Made by a program: the position numbers and the translations under genes. A stretch of 64,000 nucleotides of DNA from an uncultured Leptolinea sp. (GTDB taxonomy: Bacteria > Chloroflexota > Anaerolineae > Anaerolineales > Anaerolineaceae). Location of the stretch: contig CAZYOF010000017.1 in the NCBI GenBank assembly GCA_964648485.1, positions 3,744 through 67,743 on the forward strand, read 5' to 3'. The notes beneath the pieces are model-generated. The model was not told the DNA's origin, did no database searches, and saw only the letters and a program-made list of their open reading frames with translations. Shown here in pieces: positions 17,594 to 27,798 of this stretch; the first letter of the stretch is position 1; the number at the start of each line of letters is the position of its first letter.

Positions 17594-18235
17594 CTAATTT
17601 GTCTGAAAGCCAAACCTGAACCAGTACGCGGCTACCGAAAATGCATTTGCCACATTTAGCGACTCTTTATTTCCGAGCATAGGTAGATGTAGAATACAAT
17701 CGCTTTCTGCCAGAATACCCGGATCTACGCCTGTGTTTTCATTTCCTGCCACGAGCAATACCTTTTTTTTATCTGATGGAAGAGAATAAGTAAAAAGATT
17801 TTGCGCCTCTCTGGTTTTTTCCAATGCTGCAATTAGAAAGCCATCTTTTCTCAATTCTCGAACCGCCGCCAATCCATCCCAATATTGTGTCCAGGGCAAA
17901 TATTCTTCTGCACCTAATGCTGTTTTTTGCATACGGGGGTGAATGGGTGAGGGAGAAATTCCGAATAAATGAATATGTCTCATCCCAACTGCATCAGCTG
18001 TGCGAAATATAGATCCTACATTTAAAATGCTGCGCAGATTATCCAACCCAGCTTCAAGAATCAGGGAGTGATTATCTTCAGATACGGTTTCCTGGTTTTC
18101 GTAATTGGGAAATAATGCAACTACAGTTGTTCCAGCACCGCATTTGGGGCAGGAGAACACTTCTCCATCTGGACCGGGGAAACGAAACATGCAGGCTTTT
18201 CGTACACATTGACGAAATACGGTATTGCTTTTCAT
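17594..18235 (-). CDS. TrmH/SpoU-family RNA 2'-O-methyltransferase with an N-terminal zinc-ribbon
   Basis: CxxC...CPKCG N-terminus. The SpoU motifs (N.GSI.RTADA.G, GNE..G, LNV..A) are recognisable. Confidence 0.75.
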   Translation of the reverse strand: MKSNTVFRQCVRKACMFRFPGPDGEVFSCPKCGAGTTVVALFPNYENQETVSEDNHSLILEAGLDNLRSILNVGSIFRTADAVGMRHIHLFGISPSPIHPRMQKTALGAEEYLPWTQYWDGLAAVRELRKDGFLIAALEKTREAQNLFTYSLPSDKKKVLLVAGNENTGVDPGILAESDCILHLPMLGNKESLNVANAFSVAAYWFRFGFQTN

Positions 18236-18238
18236 GTT

Positions 18239-19201
18239 TTATACTCGTTTGGCAACATTGGGAATTTGATTAACCAGATTCATCAGGGTTGAGTACTCTG
18301 TTGCGGTTAGCATATCTACCATCTCTCTCCGGGGAATGCCAAATCGTTTTAAGTATGCTTTCAAGTGCTTCCGGAAAAAAATAACACCAGCGGGCTCGTC
18401 ATAGAAATTTATCATCTTCAACAAATGATTATGAATGGTTTTTATCGTATCCGCTAAGGAGATATCTTCCAGGTTTTGTCGAGCAAAAATCCATGGGTTA
18501 CCCAGGGATGCTCTGCCAACCATCACACCATCGCATTTGGTTAGATCCAATACTTTTTTAATGTCATCTGCGCTTCGGATATCTCCATTTGCCAGAACAG
18601 GTATTTTTAAATTCTGTTTAATTTCTGCAATAGGTTCCCATCGCGCAGATCCCTGGTAAGCTTGTGCACGAGTTCTGCCATGAACAGCAATCAGAGCTCC
18701 GCCATTATCCTCAATAATGTGAGCAATCTCAAGGTAATTGAGGTTGCGATCATCCCATCCAAGACGGATTTTAGCAGTCACCGGAATAGAAAATTCCTTC
18801 GTTAGTAGTTGAATCGCTTTTGCTACAGATGCTGGTTTCTGGAGGAGCGCTGCGCCGGCTCCGCGGCTGGTGATGGCTCTCGACGGGCAGCCCAAATTAA
18901 TATCCAGGAGATCGGGGTTGAGGTGGATTATTCGTTTGGCAGCCTCCACCATTCTCTCTGGATTGTCATCAAGGAGTTGAAATGCAACCGGGCGTTCTGT
19001 CTCAATAAATGACATTCTTTCATGAATATCACGATTGTCATTAAGAATGTCTATTGTATTCAAAAACTCTGTATAGCTTATGGCAGAACCAAATTCCCTG
19101 GCAAGGGAGCGGGTTGGTTGATCAGAGAGACCGTCCATTGGAGCAAGGATAACTTTGCCATAGATGGGGATATTTTGAATGAAAAAATCTGCAGAGCTCA
19201 T
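18239..19201 (-). CDS. tRNA-dihydrouridine synthase
   Basis: LAPMDG.SD, DINLGCP, TAKIRLGW and HGRTR motifs of the Dus family. Confidence 0.85.
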   Translation of the reverse strand: MSSADFFIQNIPIYGKVILAPMDGLSDQPTRSLAREFGSAISYTEFLNTIDILNDNRDIHERMSFIETERPVAFQLLDDNPERMVEAAKRIIHLNPDLLDINLGCPSRAITSRGAGAALLQKPASVAKAIQLLTKEFSIPVTAKIRLGWDDRNLNYLEIAHIIEDNGGALIAVHGRTRAQAYQGSARWEPIAEIKQNLKIPVLANGDIRSADDIKKVLDLTKCDGVMVGRASLGNPWIFARQNLEDISLADTIKTIHNHLLKMINFYDEPAGVIFFRKHLKAYLKRFGIPRREMVDMLTATEYSTLMNLVNQIPNVAKRV

Positions 19202-19424
19202 ATATGCTGAATTGTAGCGGATATTTATATGATTGGAGAGTTTTAAATTTATACGAAAGGTATTGATTGATGAATATCCTGATTATTTGACAAACATCAC
19301 ATATGGCTTACAAATTGCAAACACCTTAATCAAAATTTCAGCAGTTTTGTTATAGTATAAGTACATTTTGGAATTACCTAAAGAAATGAAATCGTGCGAT
19401 CAGACTGTAAGGTAACCAGATTCT

Positions 19425-22400
19425 ATGCCATCATCATTATGTGTACACTGTGGTTTTAATAATCCGCCAGGGATGCGGTTTTGCGGGAATTGTGGAAAAA
19501 AACTTCCCTTAGATACAAGCGCGCTGGTTGCATCGGCTGCCTCTCGTGAATATATCCCTGAAACAGTAGGCGTGATGATGGGCGCTGACTTGATGGAACG
19601 TTTTAGGGTGGCCGGATTAAACGCTACCGGTCAGCGCAGAACTGTAACAATATTGTTCGCAGATTTATCTGGTTTTACTGTACTCTCAAGGTCGGTAGAT
19701 ACAGAAGAAGTATTCCTGATTATCCAGCAATTTATGAACCTGCTCATTAAGGATGTCTATAAATACGATGGCATGGTAGATAAGATGCTGGGTGATGGAT
19801 TGATGGCAATTTTTGGCGCTCCAATCGCCCATGAAGATCATCCTGAACTAGCGATCAGGGCTGCTGCGGAAATGATGGAAGATGTCAGGAAATTCAATCA
19901 TCAAATCCATGAAATCCATCGCGATAAAATCCCCCATGACCTGCAGCTCTCAATGCATATCGCATTGCATAGTGGTGAAGTCATTGTGGGCGGTATCGGC
20001 TCGAATATGCTCATGAATTACACCGCCATCGGTGACACTGTCAACCTAACCAGTCGATTGCTGGATGCTGCGAACCCGGGTGTAATTCTTGTCAGTGAAA
20101 CCTGTGCTCAACGTGTTCAAAAGATAGCAGAATTCCAACCTGCCGGACCATTCTGGTTAAAAGGATATGAACAACCCGTTTCTGCATACCAATTTGTAGG
20201 ATTACTGGAAGGGGATAGTGCAACCAGACAATTACGCATGATTCGCAGCCCGATTGTTGGCAGAGAGAGCCAGCTCTCAAATATTATGAAGCTCATGTCT
20301 GATGTTCAGACTGAATCAAAAGGGCGCATGGTCTTCTTGCACGGAGAGGCGGGAATTGGTAAGAGCAGGCTGATTTCAGAAATTCGCACAACATTAATAG
20401 AAAAGAATATCATCTCTATTACGGGGCATTGTTTTACTTATAAAAAATCCATCCAATACTGGGTGCTGCAGGATATGCTGCGCCATTTCTTGAATTTGAG
20501 TGGTAATGAAACGCGTACGGAGCAAATTAAGATAATCACTGCACATATCCGTAATCTACCCATGCAAAACAAACCAGATACAGTTATGTTAATACTTTGG
20601 TTGCTGGGAACTCTTCCACAAGCGGAGTTTCAGAAGACCGCAGTATCCTTACTGGATCCGGAACAACTGCAAAGAGAAATATTTTTTACTGTAAGGGATA
20701 TTCTATTTCAAACTGCTTCCGATAGACCATTGGTCTTGATTTTTGAAGATATGCACTGGGCAGATGAATCGTCTTTGCAATTCCTGGCTTTTATTTCACG
20801 GAAAATGTTGGACCTGCCCATCCTGGTAATTGTTGCGACACGGACAGTATCCGATGATAACTTTGTAAACTTGATAAAAATTGCAGGGGCTGAATTGGGT
20901 AACCGCCTTAGCCAGGTCCCGTTGCAACGATTGGATGGATCAGCCTCACGCACTCTGGTTCAGAATCTCTTGCATCCACATTTCATTCCAGAAGGCGTAA
21001 TCAACCGCTTAGTAAATCTCGGTAATGGGAATCCATTTTTCCTTGAAGAACTCGTTCGCATTCTGATTGAACAGGGTCTCATCCATCATGAAGATGGATG
21101 GCGGTCTAATGAAAAAGAGATGGAAGAATTCTCCCTAAAAATTCCAGACACGATTCAGGGGTTGATCTTATCTCGTTTCGATCATTTAAGTGCTGTTCAG
21201 CGTCGTCTTCTTCAGGTTGCTTCAATCATCGGTCGTGACTTCAACTCGAATCTTCTCCGTGAAGTGCTAAAAATAAGCGACCCAATCTTATTCGAAGAAA
21301 TTCTGCAGCAACTCGTTGAGCGTGGAATTCTGGAGAGATATTCGGATTTTAAAGGGCAGGATTTCCGTTTTACGCATATTTTGATGTCTGACACGATCTA
21401 TAGCTCATTGTTGAGCGGAGATAAAAGTGAATTGCATGGCTCGATCGCCCAATCAATCGAGATCCTGTACCAGAATCGAATTGAAGAGTTTATTGATGTG
21501 CTTGCGCGCCATTTCATTTATAGTAATGATCGCGCCAAAGCATTGCAATACTGCATTAAGGCAGGAAACCTTTCTGCCGAAAAGTACGCGGTAGAACAAG
21601 CTCGAAAATACTATAGCCAGGCTGAATCTTTGATGGCAACGGTGCCTCATCAACACTTTCAAGCCGCAGAGGTTTACTCAGGTTTGGGTAATATGCAGGT
21701 ATTCAAAGGAGAGTATTCACAGGCGCTGGATTCATACAGGAAAGCTACCAATCGTTTAGCTGAAGCGGCATGTGGAAGTGATGAGTTCTTGCAATTATCC
21801 AGACTAAACAGGTTAACCGCTGAAGTATATGAAAAGCTGGGGCAATATCCAGAGGCAATTAATTATTTAAATCAGGCGGGTGAGTTATTAAAATTAACAG
21901 ACAATAAAGAGCCCATCGAAAGTATATGGCAGTTGCATGATCTGGGTTGGATTCAATTCAGACAGGGGAATCTGGTTGATGCTGAGAATACCCTTTTGCA
22001 GGCTATCAATAATTTGCAGGAAACAGCTCAACCGGCATTGTATGCATCTCTATGCAATCGGATCGCAGGCGTTTATTACCAGCAGAGTAAATTTCGCGAT
22101 TCGATCGATTACCTACAACGAAGTATTCTCATACGGGAAAAGATCGGAGATAAGGTCGCGGTCTCTCGATCCAGTAATAATCTGGGTCTATTGCAATGGA
22201 AAATGGGAGATTGGGAAGCAGCCTCAGCGAGTTTTCAGCGAAGTTTACAATCACATCAATCGCTTGGAGATATTGAAGGCGAGGTCAACGTCAGGGCAAA
22301 TTTGGGCTTGCTCTGGATGGATAGAGGAGATTTACCAGAATCTCAGTATCAGCTCACAACCGCGCTTAATCTCGCAGAAAAACTGAATTTAACCTATCAC

Positions 22401-22919
22401 GCAGCAATGAATCATCTCCATTTGAGCAAACTTTATTTCCTTAAGGGCGAATTTGATAAAGGCATAGAAGCAACGCTAAGTGGTAGCTCACTCTTTGCAG
22501 AAATCAATGCGCAAGAAATTCTTCCTGACCTCAAAGTATCTGAAGGATTGAACTGGTACGGAAATGGAGATTTTGCAAAAGCGAAGACTTGCGCTCAAGA
22601 TGCATTGAAGTTGGCAGATGAAATTAACTCCGCAAATAAAATCACTGATGACCGTGGAAGAGCATATCGTTTATTGGCAGAAGTAGCATTACAGGAAAAC
22701 GATATTGATCGGGCGGGTAAATACCTTAATCAGGCTGATCTTATATTTAAGAAAACCGGTGATGAACTGGAACAGGCGCGTGATATGGTATTAAATGCTG
22801 AAATATCTGAGCATTCTAATGACAAGGTTTCAGCTGTTACTTTCCAGCGGCTTGCCCGGGAAATATTTACAAGGCATGGCGCAGAGATAGATCTGAAACG
22901 CATGGATGCAAAAAAATAA
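19425..22919 (+). CDS. Multidomain signalling protein: zinc-ribbon, class III adenylate/guanylate cyclase, AAA/STAND ATPase and TPR repeats
   Basis: CVHCGF...FCGNCG. Cyclase motifs TILFADLSGFT and GDGLMAIFG. Walker A GEAGIGKS. Long TPR-like C-terminus. Confidence 0.85.
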   Translation: MPSSLCVHCGFNNPPGMRFCGNCGKKLPLDTSALVASAASREYIPETVGVMMGADLMERFRVAGLNATGQRRTVTILFADLSGFTVLSRSVDTEEVFLIIQQFMNLLIKDVYKYDGMVDKMLGDGLMAIFGAPIAHEDHPELAIRAAAEMMEDVRKFNHQIHEIHRDKIPHDLQLSMHIALHSGEVIVGGIGSNMLMNYTAIGDTVNLTSRLLDAANPGVILVSETCAQRVQKIAEFQPAGPFWLKGYEQPVSAYQFVGLLEGDSATRQLRMIRSPIVGRESQLSNIMKLMSDVQTESKGRMVFLHGEAGIGKSRLISEIRTTLIEKNIISITGHCFTYKKSIQYWVLQDMLRHFLNLSGNETRTEQIKIITAHIRNLPMQNKPDTVMLILWLLGTLPQAEFQKTAVSLLDPEQLQREIFFTVRDILFQTASDRPLVLIFEDMHWADESSLQFLAFISRKMLDLPILVIVATRTVSDDNFVNLIKIAGAELGNRLSQVPLQRLDGSASRTLVQNLLHPHFIPEGVINRLVNLGNGNPFFLEELVRILIEQGLIHHEDGWRSNEKEMEEFSLKIPDTIQGLILSRFDHLSAVQRRLLQVASIIGRDFNSNLLREVLKISDPILFEEILQQLVERGILERYSDFKGQDFRFTHILMSDTIYSSLLSGDKSELHGSIAQSIEILYQNRIEEFIDVLARHFIYSNDRAKALQYCIKAGNLSAEKYAVEQARKYYSQAESLMATVPHQHFQAAEVYSGLGNMQVFKGEYSQALDSYRKATNRLAEAACGSDEFLQLSRLNRLTAEVYEKLGQYPEAINYLNQAGELLKLTDNKEPIESIWQLHDLGWIQFRQGNLVDAENTLLQAINNLQETAQPALYASLCNRIAGVYYQQSKFRDSIDYLQRSILIREKIGDKVAVSRSSNNLGLLQWKMGDWEAASASFQRSLQSHQSLGDIEGEVNVRANLGLLWMDRGDLPESQYQLTTALNLAEKLNLTYHAAMNHLHLSKLYFLKGEFDKGIEATLSGSSLFAEINAQEILPDLKVSEGLNWYGNGDFAKAKTCAQDALKLADEINSANKITDDRGRAYRLLAEVALQENDIDRAGKYLNQADLIFKKTGDELEQARDMVLNAEISEHSNDKVSAVTFQRLAREIFTRHGAEIDLKRMDAKK

Positions 22920-22949
22920 GAGGGCGAGAGATCGCCCTCTTATTTTTTT
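22918..22949. terminator. Bidirectional intrinsic terminator between convergent genes
   Basis: 10-bp stem aagagggcga / tcgccctctt with loop gaga, followed by a T-run. Confidence 0.8.
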
Positions 22950-22955
22950 ATGTAG

Positions 22956-24782
22956 TTATTTCTTCTTCTTTGGTTCAGTTACCCAATTGGATATGGATGC
23001 ATTGGTTGTTGTTGAGGGTTCAGCCGCGCCATTCAGGAAATTATTGGCAAAGGTCGTTCCTGCAAATGTGCTGCCTGCCCAGGGGATTGCTCCCGTCCAG
23101 GCAGTGGGACCACCTGCCCAGGTGCCATAACCGCCACTCCATAAGCCGTAGCTGCCGGACCACAACCCGTAAGATCCGCTCCACAACCCGTACGAACCCG
23201 ACCATAACCCGAAACTGCCGCTCCACAGCCCGTACGAACCAGACCACAGCCCGAAGCTGCCGCTCCACAGCCCGTAAGAACCGGACCATAAACCGTATGA
23301 TCCACTCCACAAGCCGTATGAACCGGATGCCGCTTCATCTTCGTAGAGCTTGAAGAGCCCGTCACTTTCATCGAAATAGGAGTAGCCCTGATAATGCTCA
23401 GCACCATCCAGGTCGGCGTGGATATCCATGCCGTAATTGGCAGAACCGCTGATATCGGCAAAGACCGCATCTGGTGCGTTAACTCTTCCTGCCCCCTGTT
23501 GCCAGACGCTGTAAAGTGCCTCACCTGAGTCGGGGTTTGTCCAGGGGAAGGAGGTGTACATGACGCGATATTTCACCTCATCCGGTGAGAGTCCGCCATT
23601 GTTTGCCAGCATGAGAGCTGCAATGCCTGAGACAACTCCGGCTGCCTGTGATGTCCCCGCCATGGAGAAATACTGATTGGCTACCCGATTGGCATCATGT
23701 GATTTGGCGATGTATGAATTTGGCAGCATGGTTGAGACCATGTGCGCGCCGGGCGCCATCACATCCGGTTTGACGAAACCATCTAATGTAGGACCTGCGG
23801 AAGAGAATGGGGCGATATAGTCATCGGACCAGTCATCTACGGTGTAATTATCAGTGAAAGCGCCAGCGGTGATGACGTACGGGTTATTCCCGGGAACACC
23901 TACCGTCATGGGGTCAGAGCCGGTGTTGCCGGCTGCCACCACCACGGTGATGCCCTCTGCCCAGGCGCGCATGATGGCTTTATTCAGCGGATCCGCCCAA
24001 TAAGGCGATTGCACCGCCGCAACCAGTGACATGTTCATCACTTTTATGTTGTACTCATCCTTGTGTTCAATTACCCAATCGATGGCTTTAATGACTGTTT
24101 TATATGTGCCTTTCCCCTTTTTATCCAGCACACGGATACCTACCAGATCGACACCGGGAGCCATGCCGTTCCATTCACCATCTGCACCGGTCTGACTGTT
24201 GGCAATAATACCGGCGATGTGCGTACCATGCCCGTTGGGGTCAAAGGGTTTCTTGTTTTTCTTATCCACCAGGTCCAGCCAGGCTACGATGCGGGTCTTG
24301 CGATCTTCATCAAGCCCTTTCAGCAAGCCGATATGTCTGCCGATGCCGGTATCCAGGATGGCGACGGTGACACCTTCACCGGTCACACCCTGCTCCCAAA
24401 CGAGATCTGCCCCGGTGACATCGGGGTAATCAGTCGATGGTGAGTCTTTTCCGAAACCGCCTTCTTCATCCCATTCGTCGTCTCCCTGCAGCATGACCTC
24501 GCTATCAGGGAATACATCGACATCTGGCAGGCAGGCAAGCAGGTCTGCCTCCGCCCTGGTAAGACGCGCTTCCACGCCGGTGATGCTGCTGAACGGTTCC
24601 ACAACCGTCCCTCCGACCCGCTGCACCGCACTGGTGACCGCGTCCATGCTAAACCCTGTTACGATGTAACTGCTTCCATGCGAGACTGCACTTGCGGTGG
24701 GGGTGGCCAGGGACAGCGCGATAACCAGCAGCAAGGCGATACTGACTGCCTTATTAAGATAATTTCTGATTCTGCTGTTCAT
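22956..24782 (-). CDS. Secreted S8 (subtilisin-family) serine peptidase with a C-terminal heptad-repeat tail
   Basis: Signal peptide. Catalytic triad contexts AILDTGI, HGTHIAG and GTSQAAG. The C-terminus carries 9 tandem SGS(Y/F)GLW heptads. Confidence 0.9.
   Translation of the reverse strand: MNSRIRNYLNKAVSIALLLVIALSLATPTASAVSHGSSYIVTGFSMDAVTSAVQRVGGTVVEPFSSITGVEARLTRAEADLLACLPDVDVFPDSEVMLQGDDEWDEEGGFGKDSPSTDYPDVTGADLVWEQGVTGEGVTVAILDTGIGRHIGLLKGLDEDRKTRIVAWLDLVDKKNKKPFDPNGHGTHIAGIIANSQTGADGEWNGMAPGVDLVGIRVLDKKGKGTYKTVIKAIDWVIEHKDEYNIKVMNMSLVAAVQSPYWADPLNKAIMRAWAEGITVVVAAGNTGSDPMTVGVPGNNPYVITAGAFTDNYTVDDWSDDYIAPFSSAGPTLDGFVKPDVMAPGAHMVSTMLPNSYIAKSHDANRVANQYFSMAGTSQAAGVVSGIAALMLANNGGLSPDEVKYRVMYTSFPWTNPDSGEALYSVWQQGAGRVNAPDAVFADISGSANYGMDIHADLDGAEHYQGYSYFDESDGLFKLYEDEAASGSYGLWSGSYGLWSGSYGLWSGSFGLWSGSYGLWSGSFGLWSGSYGLWSGSYGLWSGSYGLWSGGYGTWAGGPTAWTGAIPWAGSTFAGTTFANNFLNGAAEPSTTTNASISNWVTEPKKKK
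23076..23327 (-). repeat. In-frame 21-nt tandem repeat array encoding (SGS[YF]GLW)x9 plus 3 degenerate units
   Basis: Period-21 repeats are visible in the DNA. The units differ at synonymous positions, for example ccataagccgtagctgccgga, ccacaacccgtaagatccgct and ccacaacccgtacgaacccga. Confidence 0.9.
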
Positions 24783-24893
24783 GGCATTTCTCCCGAAAAT
24801 AACTGCTTATGGATGAATTGACCCTCCATATCTTTCTGCGAGGGCAATTTCAATATAGCATGCGGGAGACAGTTTGAACCTTACAGCTACTTT

Positions 24894-25820
24894 TCAATTA
24901 GGATTCGGTTTGTTAGACAATTCCTTCTCGATCATATCCACAGTTACACGGGTTCCGGTACCCCCATACCCGCGCACCGAATAAGACGCAATAATATTCC
25001 CCCAGGCAAGGCACTCCGCCACTGATTTTCCATCGAGATATGCCTTCAGAAAGCCGGCATCATAACAATCACCCGCGCCGGTGGTATCGAGTGGTTTGAC
25101 CGGTGTGACCGGCACATGGGTGATCTCGCCTTTCACGCAGGCGTAACTGCCATCTGGACCGTTCTTGACCACCACCAGCGGACACAGCTCCCCCAGCACG
25201 CGGATGGCATCTGCCAGATCCGCCTTCTGTGTGAGGGAACAGGCTTCCTGCGCGTTAGGTAGAAAGATATCGGTCTGCTTCAATGCCCGTTGCAATGGCT
25301 TTTCAGTGATGCGTGACTCAGGGCTACAGTTGCCATCCATCATTAAGATCATCTTCTTCATCTTAATTACCGGCACTGCCATATCAAACATCTTGCCGTA
25401 CAACATGCCGGGGATAAATACCGCCCGTGCGTTCACCTTTGCCAGGGCAGCCACCCCCGCGGGGATGGTCGGCTCGGGGTCGTAGTAGGTCATGAACCCA
25501 CGGTCCGGACCGACAGATGCAGCCGATGAGATACGCCGGTAAGGGCGGTTGTGATGTACGAAAAAGCGCTCATCCATGCCCTCGGCGCGGACAAAATCGA
25601 GGATGATCTTGCTGATAAGGTCGTTGCCCCAATCCGCCGCCCATGCGACCTTCATGCCCAGCCGATGCATCGCCGCCGCCGCGGTGTAAGCCTCTCCGGG
25701 CAGCATGTCGAAACCCTCAGCCAGCGTATCTTCGTGCAGAATGGGCAGACGCGGCAGGTTGGCGTAGATCACATCCAGACTGGCATCGCCCACCACGAGC
25801 ACATCGTACTTTTCTGCCAT
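24894..25820 (-). CDS. PfkB-family carbohydrate kinase
   Basis: MAEKYDVLVVGDASLDV N-terminus and the DTTGAGD motif near the C-terminus. The ATG at 25820 lies 1 nt after the upstream gene's stop. Confidence 0.8.
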   Translation of the reverse strand: MAEKYDVLVVGDASLDVIYANLPRLPILHEDTLAEGFDMLPGEAYTAAAAMHRLGMKVAWAADWGNDLISKIILDFVRAEGMDERFFVHHNRPYRRISSAASVGPDRGFMTYYDPEPTIPAGVAALAKVNARAVFIPGMLYGKMFDMAVPVIKMKKMILMMDGNCSPESRITEKPLQRALKQTDIFLPNAQEACSLTQKADLADAIRVLGELCPLVVVKNGPDGSYACVKGEITHVPVTPVKPLDTTGAGDCYDAGFLKAYLDGKSVAECLAWGNIIASYSVRGYGGTGTRVTVDMIEKELSNKPNPN

Positions 25821-25821
25821 A

Positions 25822-27177
25822 TCAGCGCAACCTCGGGAAGTAATCACCATGCCGGGCGAGGTAGGCATCTACCAGCGCCTGTGCGCCGAGGTAATCTGCC
25901 ACCAGCGGATGGATGGTGAGGGCGTGGATGGCTTTCGCACGGCTGCCTTCCACCGCCGCTTCGATGGTCTTCTGCTCGTAGGCTTTGACGGTTTGCATGA
26001 GCCCCAGGCAGTGGATGGGAATCTCGCCCACCGGAATGCCTTCCACTTTATCACGGCTGACCCGCGCGGCGATCTCGACCACTTCGTCATCCTGCATCCC
26101 CTGCACGCAACCCCGGTTGGGGATGTTCACGATAAGCGTGCGCTGTTCACCTCCCACCAGCGCCTCGATCAGGTTGAGCGCCAGGCGCGCGTATCCCAGC
26201 TCGGCATCGCGGACGGTCGTCTCATCCACCTTGACCTGCGTTTCATCCCCACCCCAGTGCGCCCTGCCGCGCTCGATGAGGTAGCGGTTGTACACGCGCT
26301 GCAAGCCTTCGGCATCTTCCTTCTGGCGCGCCTCGCGCACCATGGCAAAGAAGGCGTGGTTCATGCGCGCCACTTCTTCTCCACGCAGCTCGGCAGCGGA
26401 TTTCATGTGCGCGTACTCTTCACGCGACTGGTAGTAATACTTGAGATAGTAATTGGGCAGCAACCCCAACGCTGCAGCCACCTGCGGGCGGACCTCGTAG
26501 CCGGGAATATCTTCTTCTTGCGCAAGGAAAGCAAGGATCTGCCCGATCAGCTCCTGATCGCCCACCTTCACCGAACGGATCCAGCCCAGGTGGTTCAAGC
26601 CAAAATACTCCGCCTGGATCTGGCTCTCATACAGCAGCAGCGAATCGGCAATGGCGGAGATCATGTCCGAGGGACCATCGCAGATGCCCACCGCGCGTTG
26701 CCATCCACCCACACTGGCAACCGCCTCTGCCAGCATCCCACTGGGATTGGCGAAGTTGATGAGCCACGCGTTGGGACAGAGCGTTTTCATCTGCTCCACG
26801 TATGCCAGCAGAACGGGGATAGAGCGCAAACCCATGGCAAAGCCACCCGCGCCGGTGGTCTCTTGCCCGATGTAGCCCAGATCGACCGCCACGCGCTCAT
26901 CGATCACGCGCGAGTCGATGCCGCCCACACGGAAGATGGTGATCACGTAATCCGCGCCGCGCAGGGCATCTTCTGCCTTCGTGGTGCGGTGGATGCGGAA
27001 TTTGACCGCCGGGTCGCTTTCGAGCAGCATGGTGATGGCGCCGATCAGCTCCAGCCGCTCGGCATCCACATCCATCAGCCAGAGTTCTGTAATCCCCAGC
27101 GCGTTTTGCCGGGTGATGATTTCCTGCACAATCAGCGGCGTTCGTACCCCCGCCGCACCTAAAATGGTCAGTTTCAT
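25822..27177 (-). CDS. Glycoside hydrolase family 4 (6-phospho-glucosidase-like, NAD/Mn-dependent)
   Basis: The MKLTILGAAGVRTP Rossmann start, overall length and ..NFANPSG.. motif are typical of GH4. Confidence 0.8.
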   Translation of the reverse strand: MKLTILGAAGVRTPLIVQEIITRQNALGITELWLMDVDAERLELIGAITMLLESDPAVKFRIHRTTKAEDALRGADYVITIFRVGGIDSRVIDERVAVDLGYIGQETTGAGGFAMGLRSIPVLLAYVEQMKTLCPNAWLINFANPSGMLAEAVASVGGWQRAVGICDGPSDMISAIADSLLLYESQIQAEYFGLNHLGWIRSVKVGDQELIGQILAFLAQEEDIPGYEVRPQVAAALGLLPNYYLKYYYQSREEYAHMKSAAELRGEEVARMNHAFFAMVREARQKEDAEGLQRVYNRYLIERGRAHWGGDETQVKVDETTVRDAELGYARLALNLIEALVGGEQRTLIVNIPNRGCVQGMQDDEVVEIAARVSRDKVEGIPVGEIPIHCLGLMQTVKAYEQKTIEAAVEGSRAKAIHALTIHPLVADYLGAQALVDAYLARHGDYFPRLR

Positions 27178-27313
27178 ATGCCACCTGTAATATTGGGTTG
27201 AGCAAATTATACCTGATGCCCGCCCGCGCCCGGAACTGTTCGATAGTTCTCCTGTATAATTTTAATGCAACGGCAGCGCGGATTCCACGTATATTTGTGT
27301 GAGGATAAAGAAG

Positions 27314-27730
27314 ATGGGCAAAAAACATAAGGATGAGAAGAAATTGAAACAACCCTGGCGCAATTTGCACGGCGCCATCTGGCTGATCGGATTAGGCTAC
27401 CTGTTCATCAGCGGCAACTGGTTCCCCGGTATTCTGTGGCTGATCGGGGTGAGCATGATCCTCGAAGCCGTGCTGATGATGGCGGTACCCGATGCCTACG
27501 AAGAAGAGGAACCAAAGGAAACCAAACCCGAACCGACCCCCGGACCGGCGGTGTTGGAGACCGATTTCAGCATTCCGGCGCCCGCTCCCAGAGCGGAGCC
27601 GCGCCCCTACGCTTCTCTGCCCACCAACTGCCCGCGCTGCGGCGCCCCTGCCCGTGGACACGAGGTGATCTGGCACGGCAGCCATTCTGCCGATTGCGCC
27701 TTCTGCGGTGCGAGTTTGCCCATCAAATAA
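27314..27730 (+). CDS. Small membrane protein with a Pro/Glu-rich linker and a C-terminal Cys4 zinc-ribbon
   Basis: Two TM helices, then CPRCGAP...CAFCGAS. GAGGA lies 8 nt before the ATG at 27314. Confidence 0.5.
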   Translation: MGKKHKDEKKLKQPWRNLHGAIWLIGLGYLFISGNWFPGILWLIGVSMILEAVLMMAVPDAYEEEEPKETKPEPTPGPAVLETDFSIPAPAPRAEPRPYASLPTNCPRCGAPARGHEVIWHGSHSADCAFCGASLPIK

Positions 27731-27798
27731 TCAAATTCCTCTCTCCCCAATCTTCGATTGGGGAGAGTATGTTTGTTCCCTACTTTGCTAATTAAACT

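Noticed and set aside
22970-23524. Three extra ORFs (127, 163 and 89 aa) across the 21-nt repeat region, and a CRISPR-like periodicity.
   Set aside because: The period is 21 nt with no unique spacers, and the repeats are in frame within the S8 protease, encoding the SGSYGLW heptads. The other frames are open only because the repeat lacks stops.
25849-27162. 437-aa plus-strand ORF and other overlapping ORFs in 25.1-27.7 kb.
   Set aside because: These are antisense or alternate-frame artefacts of the GC-rich GH4 and PfkB genes. They have no motifs and their composition is Arg/Ala/His/Gly-biased.
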